Part shown: piece after piece, positions 25,685 to 37,667 of the stretch
Layout of the letters: each line of letters begins with the position of its first letter
Numbering within the stretch: the first letter of the stretch is position 1
Assembly: GCF_025526975.1 (NCBI RefSeq)
Contig: NW_026515687.1
Span: 186,001 to 250,000 of the forward strand
Direction: 5' to 3'
From: Fimicolochytrium jonesii
Taxonomy: Eukaryota
DNA length: 64,000 nucleotides
The notes under the pieces: generated by a model
Told to the model about the DNA's origin: nothing
Database searches by the model: none
Seen by the model: only the letters and a program-made list of their open reading frames with translations
Made by a program: the position numbers and the translations under genes

Positions 25685-26318
25685 AGTGAGTGGACTTTGA
25701 ACGAGTGATGCGTAGAAGCGTCGGATAACGCAGAGGGCTCCTCAGCTCAAATAAAATAAGAAGATACTGTTATTACAAGTCTATCCGACCTTTTCTGTCC
25801 CGATGAGTGCACTGTTCAGCGTTCAGCAAAATGTCCATTTCGAAGTGATTTCGAAGTTGGCATCAAAATGTTGAAGGCCTCGCTGCGCCACGCGAACCGA
25901 CTTGAGCTTCCGGCGAAACTCTCAAAATTAGCACGTTCCGCAATGCACAAACCTCAATCGGCCTCGTCATCGGAACGTCCCGCACCGTAGTCGTCAGTAT
26001 CTCACGGAAGTGAATAGGATCTCGAGACACAGAAAAACAACTTGGATGACGTCGAAAGCCCCGGAAATTGTATTTAGGATGTCGTCGCGGAGGGGCATCA
26101 GCGCTGTGTTCCCGTCGAATAGAGGAGTAAACCGGCAGTCGTCGAGAGCAAGCGGGGCGGGAGTAGATTCCCGGAGGAATACGAGACGCTATGTGACCCA
26201 AAGCTGTCAGTGCCAGGCTTCGATCGCGGGGCTTACTGCGAATCGAATTCATTTGCGGGGAGTATCGATACCTGGCATAGCGTGCCAAAAGGCGCCAGTA
26301 TCAGAACTCTACCTTTCG

Positions 26319-26768
26319 ATGCTTTTCCAAACACGAGGTAGGCTCCTCCATCCGTTTGCTGCAATCAGCTTGGTATTAACGTTATATGTCAATTCTTTCC
26401 CAGCCAACACCACCGCATCCCGCCCGCAACCCCCCTATTCCCCTCCCCCGCCACCACCACCACCAACCTCCGACCCACATGAATCGGCGTACGACACCAC
26501 CGGCGAACCACGTTTAAAGTTCTCCCAACGCTTCGGCGCACCCATTAGTGCTCTGCTACTGTACAGCTCTCTGACGATGATCTCCCTGCAGTATCTGTGG
26601 GTGAGACTGACGTTCGAGGAGACGCGGTTGAAGGAGGAGGCAAGGATAGAGGGGTTGCAGAGGGAACTCGAGGAGTGGAAACGGAAGGCCGAGGAGAAGA
26701 AAGGGGATAGTGGGATTGGGGTGATAGGGACATTGACGGGGAAGAGCACTTGGTGGAAGTTTTGGTGA
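26319..26768 (+). CDS. Small single-TM + coiled-coil protein, possibly mitochondrial Ina17-like; start uncertain
   Basis: MLFQTR, in-frame intron 26338-26403, then FSQRFGAPISALLLYSSLTMISLQYLWVRLTFEETRLKEEARIEGLQREL. Confidence 0.5.
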   Translation: MLFQTRGRLLHPFAAISLVLTLYVNSFPANTTASRPQPPYSPPPPPPPPTSDPHESAYDTTGEPRLKFSQRFGAPISALLLYSSLTMISLQYLWVRLTFEETRLKEEARIEGLQRELEEWKRKAEEKKGDSGIGVIGTLTGKSTWWKFW

Positions 26769-27000
26769 TGACCCGCTGTAGAATCGGCGCTTTGTACAGA
26801 AGGGGGTACAGGGTCCAATTTCTAGATGTCAGAGTATAGAAGTGTCCACCACACGGCGTCCTGTATATATTACACTCTGCATTCACTTCACAAAGCCCCA
26901 GGTGCCAAAAGCACTGTGTTGTACAGTAGATGCAGAAATCTGATCAATGAGATCGCATGGCACATCAAACGTCCGCAGCTAATGCATTCAGTCCTGTTTC

Positions 27001-27567
27001 TCAGATGACGGCCCCCTCTCCAGATGCCGCCGGTGCTCCTGGATTCGCGGCCCCGCTTCCTTGCGCAGCTCCCTGAAAATGTTATATTCAGCGTCAACTT
27101 CTATGTTGGTTGAAGCCAGAAGAATGGTAAAATGCGTACCTGCCCCGCTCCACCCGCCCCACCAGCCTCATCCAGCCGCTGCTGCAGCTCCTCCACCTTG
27201 CGACGCAGCTCCTCGTTCTCGGACTTGAGCGCTTCTACGTCTACGTCGGATGGGCCGCCTAGAAACTGTTTCACGTACCTAGAGTACGGAATGTTCAGTC
27301 ACGATTAAACGAGAAGAGGAAAGTGCTATGGTTTCCCATACTCACTCCAATGCATTTTCCGGCTTCTCTGGTTCCTCGTACAGACCAACGAGAACTATAC
27401 AATCACAGAAGCAGCGTATCAATATTTGGCCAACCATTTCCATTTTTCACATGAGAGTGATGCTGACCTTTCGTCAGCGCATCCACGATCCCGTTCTTCT
27501 CCAGGTACTTCCGGAAGTCTTCTTTCTTGTGGTCTCCAGCCTGCAATATTGTATCTTTTTCAGTCAT
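27001..27567 (-). CDS. MYCBP: c-Myc-binding protein (MYCBP/AMY-1/FAP174) homologue, 4 exons
   Basis: Spliced KKEDFRKYLEKNGIVDALTK|VLVGLYEEPEKPENALE|YVKQFLG...DVEALKSENEELRRKVEEL. Confidence 0.9.
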
Positions 27568-28119
27568 GGTTCTTTCTGAACACAGCATCGTGGGACTTAC
27601 AGCCATTGCGACAACGTTCACTTCGGTCTTCGCACTATTCGCTTTACAGAGAGAGGTTGAATGCAGAGTCGGCGCTGTGGTTGCGTTGCTGAGTGCGTTG
27701 ATGGGGTAGCGACCTGCGCTGTGACCTTTATGTTATCTGGCCGTGGGAAAGTTGGAAGTTGAACCGGTGGTGGCCGGTTGTGAGCTTTACGCGTGCGACG
27801 AGATCCTCCTCCTCACGCGTTTCGCGTGCACAACTGGTATCCCGACCTTACAACGTCCCTTGCTTGCTCGAGTTCCTGCAACATATGCTCGTCACATCAC
27901 ATGAAAGTGACAAATGTATGTAATGCAATCTGGATCTTCTATATTTGAAAAGCGCTAATGAAAAGAGTATATACGCCAAAGGGGGTACAGGCTAGATGCG
28001 GGGATATGTTGTACAGAGAGATGACGAGCTATATGCAAAGATGTACGACAAGTACTGTGTTATATGGAAAGAACTATGTATACGCCGACTACCGGTAGAC
28101 CGAACGAGAAAGAAGGCGG

Positions 28120-29298
28120 TTATTGCTCCTCAACGACGTTGCCCAAGGCCTCCTTTGCATCGATGTCGAGGCCGGACCACACGATGGTAACCGTGGGTCG
28201 GAGACGGGCGAGTTCTTCGCGGAGGGGTTCATAGAGATCGGGGCACTGGCGGACAGTGAGGGTTGTCAGTTGCGTGCAGTGGATGAGGATGAGTTTTAGG
28301 TAGGATGTGTTGTGGCGACGGAATCTATAGGGGAAGAGGAGTCAGGGATGTTTCTCGTCGCCAATTCTCTGAGTGATGACTTACCTGAAGACACCTGAAA
28401 GGTCAAGGGTAGTGAGATTCGGGCATTTCGCAATCGCCTTCATTCCACGATTCTTCAGGTTAGAACACGACAAGTCCAGATGTTTGAGATTCGGCAGACG
28501 AACAATCGCCTCTTCAAACGAATACTCGTCGAACTGACAACCCGACAGACCCAAATACGTCAGGTTCGGGCATCTCAGGGAAAGAAGCACGAGCAAAGGC
28601 CCAACGGATCTGTGCGGCCATGCCCCGTATGGCGTCGGATTCGGGGTTGGGGAAGCGCCAAGGGAGCTGCTGTTGAGTATCATGTCCGCGGCCAATGCCA
28701 CGCTGTTGGGCACTGACTGCGGGCCAAGAGTCGGCGAGGATGTTGGTGTCGTAGTTCCCGATGACACCGGAGTGGGCGTCGGCGTGACAGAGGGGATCGA
28801 AACCGGCGCCAGTGCTCTGAACCCAAAGTCAATCCCCTTGATCACCCCCGTCGACGCACCCGGGATCGAAACTTCCGCCGCCTGCACAACACTAGGATAC
28901 AAAGCTAGCTGATCCAATTTGCCCGACAACCACTGCATCTCCATTGCAATCTCCGGGTTCTGCGGGCCCAGCTTGCCCGCGAAAAACGAGCTCCTCTGCT
29001 TCATCGACGTGAACGTGACGAGACGGTATAGCTGACGTTCGACCTGCGGGTACCATGTCTTTGAGACCGTCAGGAGCGGGTAAAGGTTCGCAGGCTGGCT
29101 GGCTAGCAGAGAGAAGACATGGTTCCATATTTCGGTGGGTAGGCCGGGGTGTAAGGGAGCCGGCTTTGTGACCGACTTGCGGGCAGGTGACTGTATGGCT
29201 TCTTTCGTTTTGTCCACACCGCTCAGACTTGTCGTTGAGCTTTTGCGATGCGTTGGTGGCGTTGCCGGTGGGGTAGGGAGGATAACTTCGGGCGACAT
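28120..29298 (-). CDS. F-box + RNI-like LRR protein, 2 exons
   Basis: LPTEIWNHVFSLL...LLTVSKTW F-box, CPNLTYLGLSGC / LPNLKHLDLS repeats. Intron about 28328-28384. Confidence 0.8.
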
Positions 29299-29840
29299 TC
29301 TCGTGGTTTGTCCAGGGTACCTTTTCGTGGGTCTCTTTCACAACCTAAGAGGAAGCAAGCTGTGCAGGTGTCCTCGTCTGGTCGTTTGGGCTTCCCTCGA
29401 TACTCCACAAGATGCTAGAAGATGGAGGTCTTTACGAGTCAACGAATGGCGACATGAAGCGAAAACGCCGTTATGGATAGTCTAGCAGGCCGACTAAGCA
29501 CATACACCTCTGACGTGTATAACCCCTTTGAAATCGTTCGTGGCCCTTCTTTCCCCTCTAATGTGGAGTATTGAGATGCGGGACAGAACGGTCCTGTTTG
29601 AAGGCGACGGTCGTGTTGCCAAACATAGAAACGAGTTTGGCCTTGTTCACGCATGGACTCACTGTCGAAAAGCTTTACATAATTCCATTTAATTCAGGTC
29701 CGACGATAGCTTGCCACTGTCAGTTTCCTCTACTTCTTTGCAAAGCGGCCTGCCTGCACCGACAGTAATTCGTATCAGTCCTGCATCGCACTTTCATCGT
29801 TCAATCGGCAACCTCAAAGCCTCCAGATACAGCCTTCATC

Positions 29841-30584
29841 ATGAGCGGTGGACCAGTGAACCCCTTGACCTACCAGCCTGCACAGGTCCATCTCGACCAG
29901 GTCGTCAAGTCCGAGAACGGCGAGACGTTCGCCCCTTCCCCAATCCGCCCATACAGCATCAACAACGAGCTCGAACGTCTCCGACTGGGCGAAGAAATCT
30001 TCCCAAACACCATCCCCACCAACAACCTCATCGAGGGCGGTTCCGGCGGGTTCCAAAGCTTCGGCGACTCGTCTCTGACCCCTAGATCAGCGTACTCGAA
30101 CCAAGCCACTGGTGGAACTCACTCGGGCAGCTCCTACTCCGGCAACGGTGGCGGTCAGCCCAGCCAGGCAGCCTCTGAAGCCTGGTCGGCACTGCAGCAA
30201 GGTCTCGGCAACAACCCCAACAACGGTACCATCGGCGGCCACGACCACAGCGCCTACGCTTACGGCACGGCCGCCTCCAACAGCGGTGGAGTCAACAAAT
30301 CTCTCTTCGGCCGCAACCACACCGACGTCAAAGCCGACCCGCAGACGCACACCGTGACCCTCAGCACAACGACCTACCAGCCGCGCGACAACAAGGTCGT
30401 CGAGGCCGTCGACACGTACACGTACCGCCGCCCGGAGACGACAAACGGGGAGTATGGCAACTTCCCGCGCAGGGGACATAATGAGCATTTTGTGAATGGT
30501 GGGCAGGTTGATCAGCTTTATGCCCATGGTGGGAAGGCGGTGAAGAATGGGGACAAGGTTGTGCCGTTGGGTGGGCCGGGGTAG
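29841..30584 (+). CDS. Hypothetical G/N/S-rich 247-aa protein, intronless
   Basis: ATG-initiated ORF with strong C-ending codon bias. No recognisable domain. Confidence 0.7.
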   Translation: MSGGPVNPLTYQPAQVHLDQVVKSENGETFAPSPIRPYSINNELERLRLGEEIFPNTIPTNNLIEGGSGGFQSFGDSSLTPRSAYSNQATGGTHSGSSYSGNGGGQPSQAASEAWSALQQGLGNNPNNGTIGGHDHSAYAYGTAASNSGGVNKSLFGRNHTDVKADPQTHTVTLSTTTYQPRDNKVVEAVDTYTYRRPETTNGEYGNFPRRGHNEHFVNGGQVDQLYAHGGKAVKNGDKVVPLGGPG

Positions 30585-31185
30585 GTGGGCATGCATTTTC
30601 CTGATGTACATCTGAGTTTCTCACATCCTTATTTCGTCGTCATAGATACTCTGAGGAGCGCCCCGGACTGGCCAGGCACGGCGGCAACCTGGTGTAATGG
30701 ACGGCTTACGGGACGGCAAACAAGCGCCTTCTCAAACGTCGAATTCGGACATTCACTGCCTGACACCAATGGCCCTTCCTCGCATATTCGTACTATAGAC
30801 CAATCAGTGTATTATAAAGAAAAATACAAAGTCATGAAACAGGAACCACGACGTTTTGCTTATACGAGACGCTGGCGGGTGGCCAGGGCCGCTCGCCTGC
30901 CCACTTTTCCTCTCTTTATCATCGATGCTTACTTTGGGTGAAGGCCAGTGCTCGGTGCCGTGGTGGTGCGATGTCGGCTACTTCGTTACGTTCCGGAAGT
31001 TCACTTGGATCACTTTTCATGAGAAAAGCCCAAGAGGTCCCCGAAGTTGTCTTTGTATTTCCACTCTAAACCAAGAGCGAAGGACATCTACAGAAAAACA
31101 AAACTGAAACTTCCAACTACTGCTACGCTAAAACGTCAAACCTATCCCAAAAAATTCACTACGCGGACTACCCCTAAGTGTTGAA

Positions 31186-33311
31186 CTACTCCTCTTCCTC
31201 CAAGTCCTCCTGAATAGCTGTAATCCCTTTATTCACCCTAACAGTCGGCTGCGGGCTACTCTGCTTCCTCGCCCGAATCAACGCCATCCGCTGCTCAACC
31301 ACCGTCTGAAAGCGCGCAGAGATGGAAGGGAAACCTTTGAGCGCCTCCTTGAGGTCGTCGCGGGAGAGGACCATGCAGAGGGTGTTTTCGAGCGCGCGGA
31401 CGGAGGCGGTGCGGGGGATGTCGAAGAGGACTCCTAGTTCGCCTACAAAAAAACACGGGGGTTTAAAAACATGTTTTTTTGTGGGATGGATGAGAAGATG
31501 GGTAATAACCTACCGAAAAAGGAGCCGGCACCGATGACACCATAGACCCTCATCCCATCCCCACTGACAACCTCGACCCTCCCCTTCCCGATAAAAAACA
31601 TCTCGCGTCCAATCTCGTTCTTCCGGATGATATACTCCCCCGCCAAATAGATCGACGCGCGCATACGCACGTTGAGCTCGCGCTCGAAGTTGGGCAGTTC
31701 CTTCGCGATGGCGGATTGCGAGGTCTTTGGGGTTGAGGAGGGGTTCACGTCGAAGGTGGAGGTGAACGTTGGCGGGGTTGGGTTAGAGTTGGAGCGGACC
31801 CGGCCGCGGCGGAGGGCGGCGATGGCGGGGTTGGAAAGTGGTGGGGCGGATTTGGGGTGAGTGTCGGGTATTACTGGGGTGGGTTTCGCGGGTGTTGGTA
31901 ATGGTTTGCTGCGGATGGAGGAGACGGTAGATCCTTTGAGGATAGGTTGCGGTTGGGTAGTGATGTTAGGGAGGGTAGAGTTTCCGGGGAGGGAGTAGCG
32001 ACGACTGCGGCCGCCTGTGGGTGTTGGCGCTTGACCCGCCGCTAATGCCGCTGCCTGTTGTAACGCTGCCATAGCCCCGCATTGTTCTTTTCCCGACGGA
32101 GGGAGCGAGGCGCGACGCTCGGGAGTTTTCGGGACAGACCTCCGGCGTTCGGGGGTCCCAGTACCTGCCCCATTCGCCCCCGCTCGTCCCAGCGTCCGGT
32201 CAAGAGACACCTGTGCGCCCCGGCCATTCGCAGCCGACCCAATCCGAATCGCATCCTCCATACTCGGCAAAACAACCCCAAAAGCAACTAAAGTCGTCAA
32301 CTCCTCCATCGTAGCGCTTCTTAGTTCACCGCCAACGACGATATCGTGCGTCTGCTGCGACAAATCCTCACACCGGGAGTTACCACAGCACGAGTCAGGA
32401 ATCGACGGCATTTGCAACGTAGTCGACGCAAACAAATCCTGCTTCTCCACCGGGTCCACCGCCTTACACTCCTCCTCAACCCTTTTCTCATCCGCAACCA
32501 ACGGCACACTCAATTCCGGGAAAAACGATTTCCTCAACGGTGACGACGAGGTAGGCGCCGGAACCACCGGCATCGCCGAAACGACTCTCTCATCACCCAA
32601 CCCGCTCCCACTCGAATGACTTCTTAACGTCAACGTCGCAGCCGTAGTCACCGACGCACCCGACCCGCGTCGCGAGGACATCAGCGGCGGTTCCCCGTAT
32701 GACGCCGAACCCCGGCGGGAGATCGGGCCGGGGATACACATCTCGGTATACTGTCCCGACCCGCTTCGCGAGGTCGGCCGGGATGTGGATGAAGCAGAGT
32801 CGGCGCTGTCCCGTCGGGAGGTTACGTGCACCGTGCTGTGGCTATCGTCTACGACTGGTGCCGCAGGCACTCCGTTTCCGTCCTGTGGTTTTGCCGCGGG
32901 GGCGAGCGGTTCCAGCCTCGCGCCTTTGGATAATCGGCGCTTAACAACCTCCTTCAACGACTGCCGACGGGGTTTGGGCGATTGTGAACCCGGCTTAACT
33001 GCCGCAATCGACTCCCCGACGCCCTCCATACTCCCCGCCGAATCATTCTCTTCCCGTTTCTCTTTCCTCCCCAACCCCGAGATCAGTTTGAAGAACGACG
33101 ACTTCCGCGGCGGTTGCTGGCCGACAGGCGGCGCTGCGACTCCTTGCTGCGTGTTCAATGACCCCTTCGACATCTGATGCGCTGTAGGGACTGCCGTGAA
33201 TTGCAGGGTGGAGTTGTCTACCGACATTTGCTTTCTAAATTCTGCTATACTGGTGTGGTAAGGGAATTCTTCGAATCCCTGCAGGCCCTCCGGAGGCTGC
33301 TCCTCTGACAA
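31186..33311 (-). CDS. Cyclic-nucleotide-binding domain protein with long disordered N-terminus; 5' end uncertain (first in-frame ATG 33227)
   Basis: GEYIIRKNEIGREMFFIGKGRVEV...GAGSFFG|ELGVLFDIPRTASVRA...LSRDDL, one intron about 31443-31513. Confidence 0.85.
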
Positions 33312-34220
33312 ACCGCGTTATTATGCTTTACGAATTAGGGGGGTGTAGTCTGGATAACGCTTGCGGAACGTAGGGTGCCGCTATTGTGCCTTCGGGGCGG
33401 CGTGGGACGGATTAAACCCGTTGGGGTGTCAGTGAGGCTATTGTGGTATGGGTTGTCGTGGAAGCTTCTTTCCCGCAAAAAGAGGGTTCGTATTGCGCTT
33501 CACGCATTGAATATGCGACGGAAAACAGCGTTAGGCGTCGGTTCTGGAGTACGTCGAAATGGCGGGCAGTTGGCTGGGCCTGATAAAGGGCCTGATATCT
33601 CCCTTCCCGCCCCTCCGTTCTTATGCAGTTTGCCAGGCCATGCGCAATGCGTAAACACAAGATGGTGCAGGCTTAGACGTGCAACTCCGTCCAGACGCGT
33701 TGTGAACCCTTTTCGCGTGGCTATTTTGGGAAATGCGAGATATGTGAATAGCGAGCGGGGCTTGACGGACCACCGGAAGTCCGATGGATGCATGGTGTGT
33801 TTGCTCGGAACTTGCTCCCCCTCCACCATAGCATTGGACCCAATCGGCGATGTAACGGCCATCGATTGAGTTTTAAGGCTTGCGGAAATCGGATGTGGCG
33901 ATATGACTGTGATGTGAGACTCCGCCAAAGGTTTGATGTAAATAAAGTCACAGGAAAGGGTCCTAATACGAATACCGAATTCCATGAACGATTCGATCTA
34001 TGAGATTATATGTTCCGGAGTACGCCGAACAGAAGGAGATGACAGTTGGGGGATCTAAATAGGGGGTCTATACTACAAAAGCTCTACGTGATAGCACGTG
34101 TGGAAGCCTCACGCCGGAGATGGGGCAGTTCGGAGCATATTCGGAGGTGGTGTCACCTCTGAAGACCAGCATCAAAGGAGGCGACCAACCAGTTCATGGA
34201 TCCTCACAAAAACCTCGGCA

Positions 34221-35585
34221 CTACTGGGTGGTCTGCTCCGCATTCCCAAACGTGCCTTTCCGCTCCACCGCCCGTTCGGAGTACCCAAAGGTCCCCGGAT
34301 AAAGCGAATTCTCCAGCGTCGGGTTCCTGACTGTCAGCGCCGGGGGTACGAGGGGGTACGTCACTGACGGGGAGGTCGGTCGCTGCTCCGAGGAGACATC
34401 GTGGGATTCGTACCCAAGCTCGTCGCTAGCGGAGGGGATCTCGTAATGTTGCGGCGCCGGCGAGTGGGAGTGGGACGCGGCGAAGTGTTCGCCGCCCGAG
34501 TGGGAATCGTAGTCTTCGTAGGCTTCGGGGATGCCCAGCATGTGGGGGACGTAGGTGCCGTGTGGTTGTTGAGGGTGGTCGGGGTTGCTCATGTACGATT
34601 GGCGGGGGTCTGACTTGTTGGATCCTGCCCCGGGTACCACGGGAGCAAACACGCCCGTCCAGTCTCCGCTCTGGTAGTATGGCGAACTGGGCCGTATTGC
34701 GTAGTGGGAGAAGGTTAAGCGACGCTGCTCCTCTGGCGAGAGATGTTCTGGTAGGTCTTCTCCGCCGAAGACCGCCGGCGGATGCGGGGATGGGCTATGC
34801 ATGCCGGAGTGCATGCTGGGGTATGGTGATGCGGCGGAGTAGCGATGGGACATGGTCACACGGCCTTCTCCGGGCAGCATTTCCTCTTCGCTCACAGCCG
34901 GAGTGGACGGCGACTGGGCCATCATCATCGGAGCCAGCGAGTTCGTAGAAGGACTCAACATTCCTGGCTCACCTGACCCATAACCCTTCTTTTTCCGGAT
35001 ATCCTTGTATCTCTTGTACAGAAATTTGCCAATGTAGAACGCTGCGACTGCGCCGAAGAGTGTCAATATGATGATCATCGCCGCACCGCCAGCAGTCTTT
35101 GCAAATGGAGGTTTCTCTAAGTTGGAAGGGTCGGCTGATTGCGTTGAGTTCGGTAGACCAGCGTTTTCCGTAGGGGTTATGACTTCGTCCACCCATACAA
35201 CTGTTGAGACGATTCTTCTAGTCGGGGTTCCATTGGCGGTATCATCAACAGTGGAGAGAACCGTTCGTGGAGCTGACCTCGTGATGGGGTCGGCAGTGGG
35301 TATTTTCGTTGGAACCACGGTTGGCTTTGTAGTAGGAGGTGGAGGTGGTGGATCTGTCGTTTTAGGAGGTGGAGGAGGTGGTGGTGGGTCCGTCGTCTTC
35401 GGAGGTGGTGGAGGTGGCGGTGGGTCTGTTGTTTTGGGGGGCGGAGGAGGTGGTGGTGGGTCTGTCGTTTTAGGAGGTGGTGGCGGACGTACAGTGGTGG
35501 GAGTGTCGGGAGGAGGTGCTGAGGTCGTCGGCTTTGGGTCCGGGTCGTTTGTTGACATCGTGGTGAGGACTCCACTCGAGCTCAT
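34221..35585 (-). CDS. Single-pass membrane protein with Pro/Thr extensin- or mucin-like ectodomain
   Basis: KTTDPPPPPPPP repeats, TM AAMIIILTLFGAVAAFYIG followed by a basic stop-transfer stretch, Tyr/Pro-rich tail. Confidence 0.8.
   Translation of the reverse strand: MSSSGVLTTMSTNDPDPKPTTSAPPPDTPTTVRPPPPPKTTDPPPPPPPPKTTDPPPPPPPPKTTDPPPPPPPPKTTDPPPPPPTTKPTVVPTKIPTADPITRSAPRTVLSTVDDTANGTPTRRIVSTVVWVDEVITPTENAGLPNSTQSADPSNLEKPPFAKTAGGAAMIIILTLFGAVAAFYIGKFLYKRYKDIRKKKGYGSGEPGMLSPSTNSLAPMMMAQSPSTPAVSEEEMLPGEGRVTMSHRYSAASPYPSMHSGMHSPSPHPPAVFGGEDLPEHLSPEEQRRLTFSHYAIRPSSPYYQSGDWTGVFAPVVPGAGSNKSDPRQSYMSNPDHPQQPHGTYVPHMLGIPEAYEDYDSHSGGEHFAASHSHSPAPQHYEIPSASDELGYESHDVSSEQRPTSPSVTYPLVPPALTVRNPTLENSLYPGTFGYSERAVERKGTFGNAEQTTQ
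35330..35485 (-). repeat. 36-bp coding tandem repeat (about 4 copies) encoding KTTD-P8
   Basis: Visible in translation and as TC(T/C)GT(C/T)GT...GG(A/T)GG units on the + strand. Confidence 0.9.
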
Positions 35586-36209
35586 CAGCGGTAGGTCTTA
35601 GCACTCTGCTGTCGGCGACTTCGACCCGACCGGAGGACCCTGATTGAACTCTCTGGCCGGCTTCTTTTCCGAGCTCTCCCAATTCCTTCGCTGAACGACG
35701 CCGATGCCCACTCCGATGTTTGGCCTTGCCCTGCAGATGTTGCGAAAGGGCTCGTCGTCTCCTTTTCTGCCGTCTTATCCTCGAGTGTCCTCCACAAAAA
35801 CAACGTTGAGCAACGAGGCACGTTGCGAAGAAATGACGGCCGCCCGCTAGAACGCATCCAGCTAGCCCATCCCGTCTTTACAGCTCCTACTGCCCTCTCC
35901 CGGTATTTGCCCTTCAAAGTGCTCGTTACCATGATCCCAACAACTTGAACCCATCACCGGCGGTTGGTCGCATAGGAAGCTTTTTGAAGTTTCTCCGTCG
36001 TCTCTTCATGGTTACGCGGCCGTCCCAGTCTCCCAGACTCCCAGTGAAGAATTTGCGTCCTATTTCATTTAAGGATCCTGTTATGGAACCAAGATCCGGC
36101 CGGCGTCGTCTCCAGCTTCATCCCTGTGCGACTGTGCCGTTCCTCAGGTTGTCTTTGAAATGGAATGCCCAGCCACACCCGCGATCAGAGTCTGAGCGAG
36201 AGTCGTGGC

Positions 36210-36230
36210 TGACTCATCACAAGTGACTCA
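36210..36230. promoter_or_regulatory. Pair of Gcn4/CpcA (AP-1-like) elements
   Basis: TGACTCAT at 36210-36217 and TGACTCA at 36224-36230, upstream of the trp genes. Confidence 0.5.
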
Positions 36231-36921
36231 CCCGTCAAAAAGTGAGATCCCCAAACTCGACAAAAGGGCAGCCAAGTCGGGCTTTTTTCCCACCCGCAAG
36301 CCATAGATCATCGGAAAACTATCTGACAACATCGGCAACAAGCCCCTCAAGGAATCAGGCTCTCACCGCCTCTTGGGGAATCTCTTCGTAACCGCCAGCA
36401 GGCCGTCTGCTGGTCTCCTTTTTCTCCTTTCATAGGAATTCCCACTCAACTCGCAATCGTGGCGTCCACAACGTTTCGCCTCGGTTGGAGTTGTCCCGTC
36501 TTCGGGTCCGCGTCGGCGGCAGCAACAAACAGGTCCTTTCAATGGACTGTTGCCGACAACGACCTCGGTGTTGTAGCGTCCTCCACCAAGGTATGTAGTG
36601 GAAGTAGGGCGGAGTGAGAAGTGTCGGAGTTTTCCCACAGGTCCCTGGAGATCAGTCGGCACCGAGCGGAGCGAGGTTTGGTTCGGTTTGGGAGTCCGAG
36701 CGATAGGGAGGTTGACCAGAGCCAAACGCCTTCGCTAGGGACAGAGAGCGCGAGCGGAGCGAGCCACATTGCGCCAAAGGCGCAAGACCCCGTAATCACG
36801 GGCTTAGCGAGCGGCGGATCTTTTGCGAGCGAAGCGAGCATCATTGATGGTTTATGGTTGATGGTTGATGGTTGACGACGGATGTGTGGCAATACTCTTC
36901 ATCATGCTCACTATGTCTTGA

Positions 36922-37632
36922 TCTACTCAGAGTGTTGAGGACCTCCGCCGCGACGGGCAAAGCACAGTCAGCAACCGCCAGGCCAAAAGGCGTGTTCGTC
37001 ACCGTGCTCAAAAGCGCTATCGGAAAGTAACCGTCGATGCAACCGGGGTGGAATCTGCCGCTTTCCCTTGCCTTCCTTCCAGCCACACTTCTGATCAGGC
37101 CGTCAAAATCATGACGCCTACGGAAGGTCTTACCTACAAAGAGGCTCTCAAGGCTCCTGTCCCAACCGCGAGAGTAAAGTTCTGCATTTCTGCCGTGAAA
37201 ACCACAAAAACCACAATCTCGAAGCTTCGTACCATTCGATACGCCAGCTCCGGGTTTCCCACGAAGAACGTGAGGTCCACCCACACTTTCACTCGTGCCA
37301 CGCAAGTCCACCCTACAAAGATCACTGCAGCTCCGGCGCAAGCACGATTGATGACCCTTCCGATGATTGACCTTTGCCGCGACCGTCGCCGGCGTATCAC
37401 GAGTGTCAAACGTGGATGCACCGCCACTTTTCCCTCAACCTCTGGTCTTACGAGAAAGAACATTGCGCGCCTTCTCAACGGCAGGAATACCATCGACCCT
37501 CGCAGCCGAAAGGGAAATGATACACAGTTCGGCTCTAGGAACACCCTCTTCACCCCTATCTGGGCGAAATTCTCAATGCAATGGGATAGTGCGGCTATGT
37601 TTACATCAAGAAGCGCTGCTCAATCCGCTTGA
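36922..37632 (+). CDS. Orphan basic Thr/Arg-rich ORF (ORF-X) directly upstream of TRP2; first ATG 37111, may receive upstream exons
   Basis: Frame open 36922-37632. Splice-acceptor-like GCTCAC...CTCAG ends at 36930, and a GTATGT donor at 36591 joins in frame. No known domain. Confidence 0.4.
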   Translation, partial: STQSVEDLRRDGQSTVSNRQAKRRVRHRAQKRYRKVTVDATGVESAAFPCLPSSHTSDQAVKIMTPTEGLTYKEALKAPVPTARVKFCISAVKTTKTTISKLRTIRYASSGFPTKNVRSTHTFTRATQVHPTKITAAPAQARLMTLPMIDLCRDRRRRITSVKRGCTATFPSTSGLTRKNIARLLNGRNTIDPRSRKGNDTQFGSRNTLFTPIWAKFSMQWDSAAMFTSRSAAQSA

Positions 37633-37667
37633 ATCACTTTCTGCGAATCCGAATCGAAAACATCGCC

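Noticed and set aside
35330..35485. CRISPR-like 36-bp periodicity
   Set aside because: No unique spacers. It is a coding tandem repeat in a eukaryotic gene.
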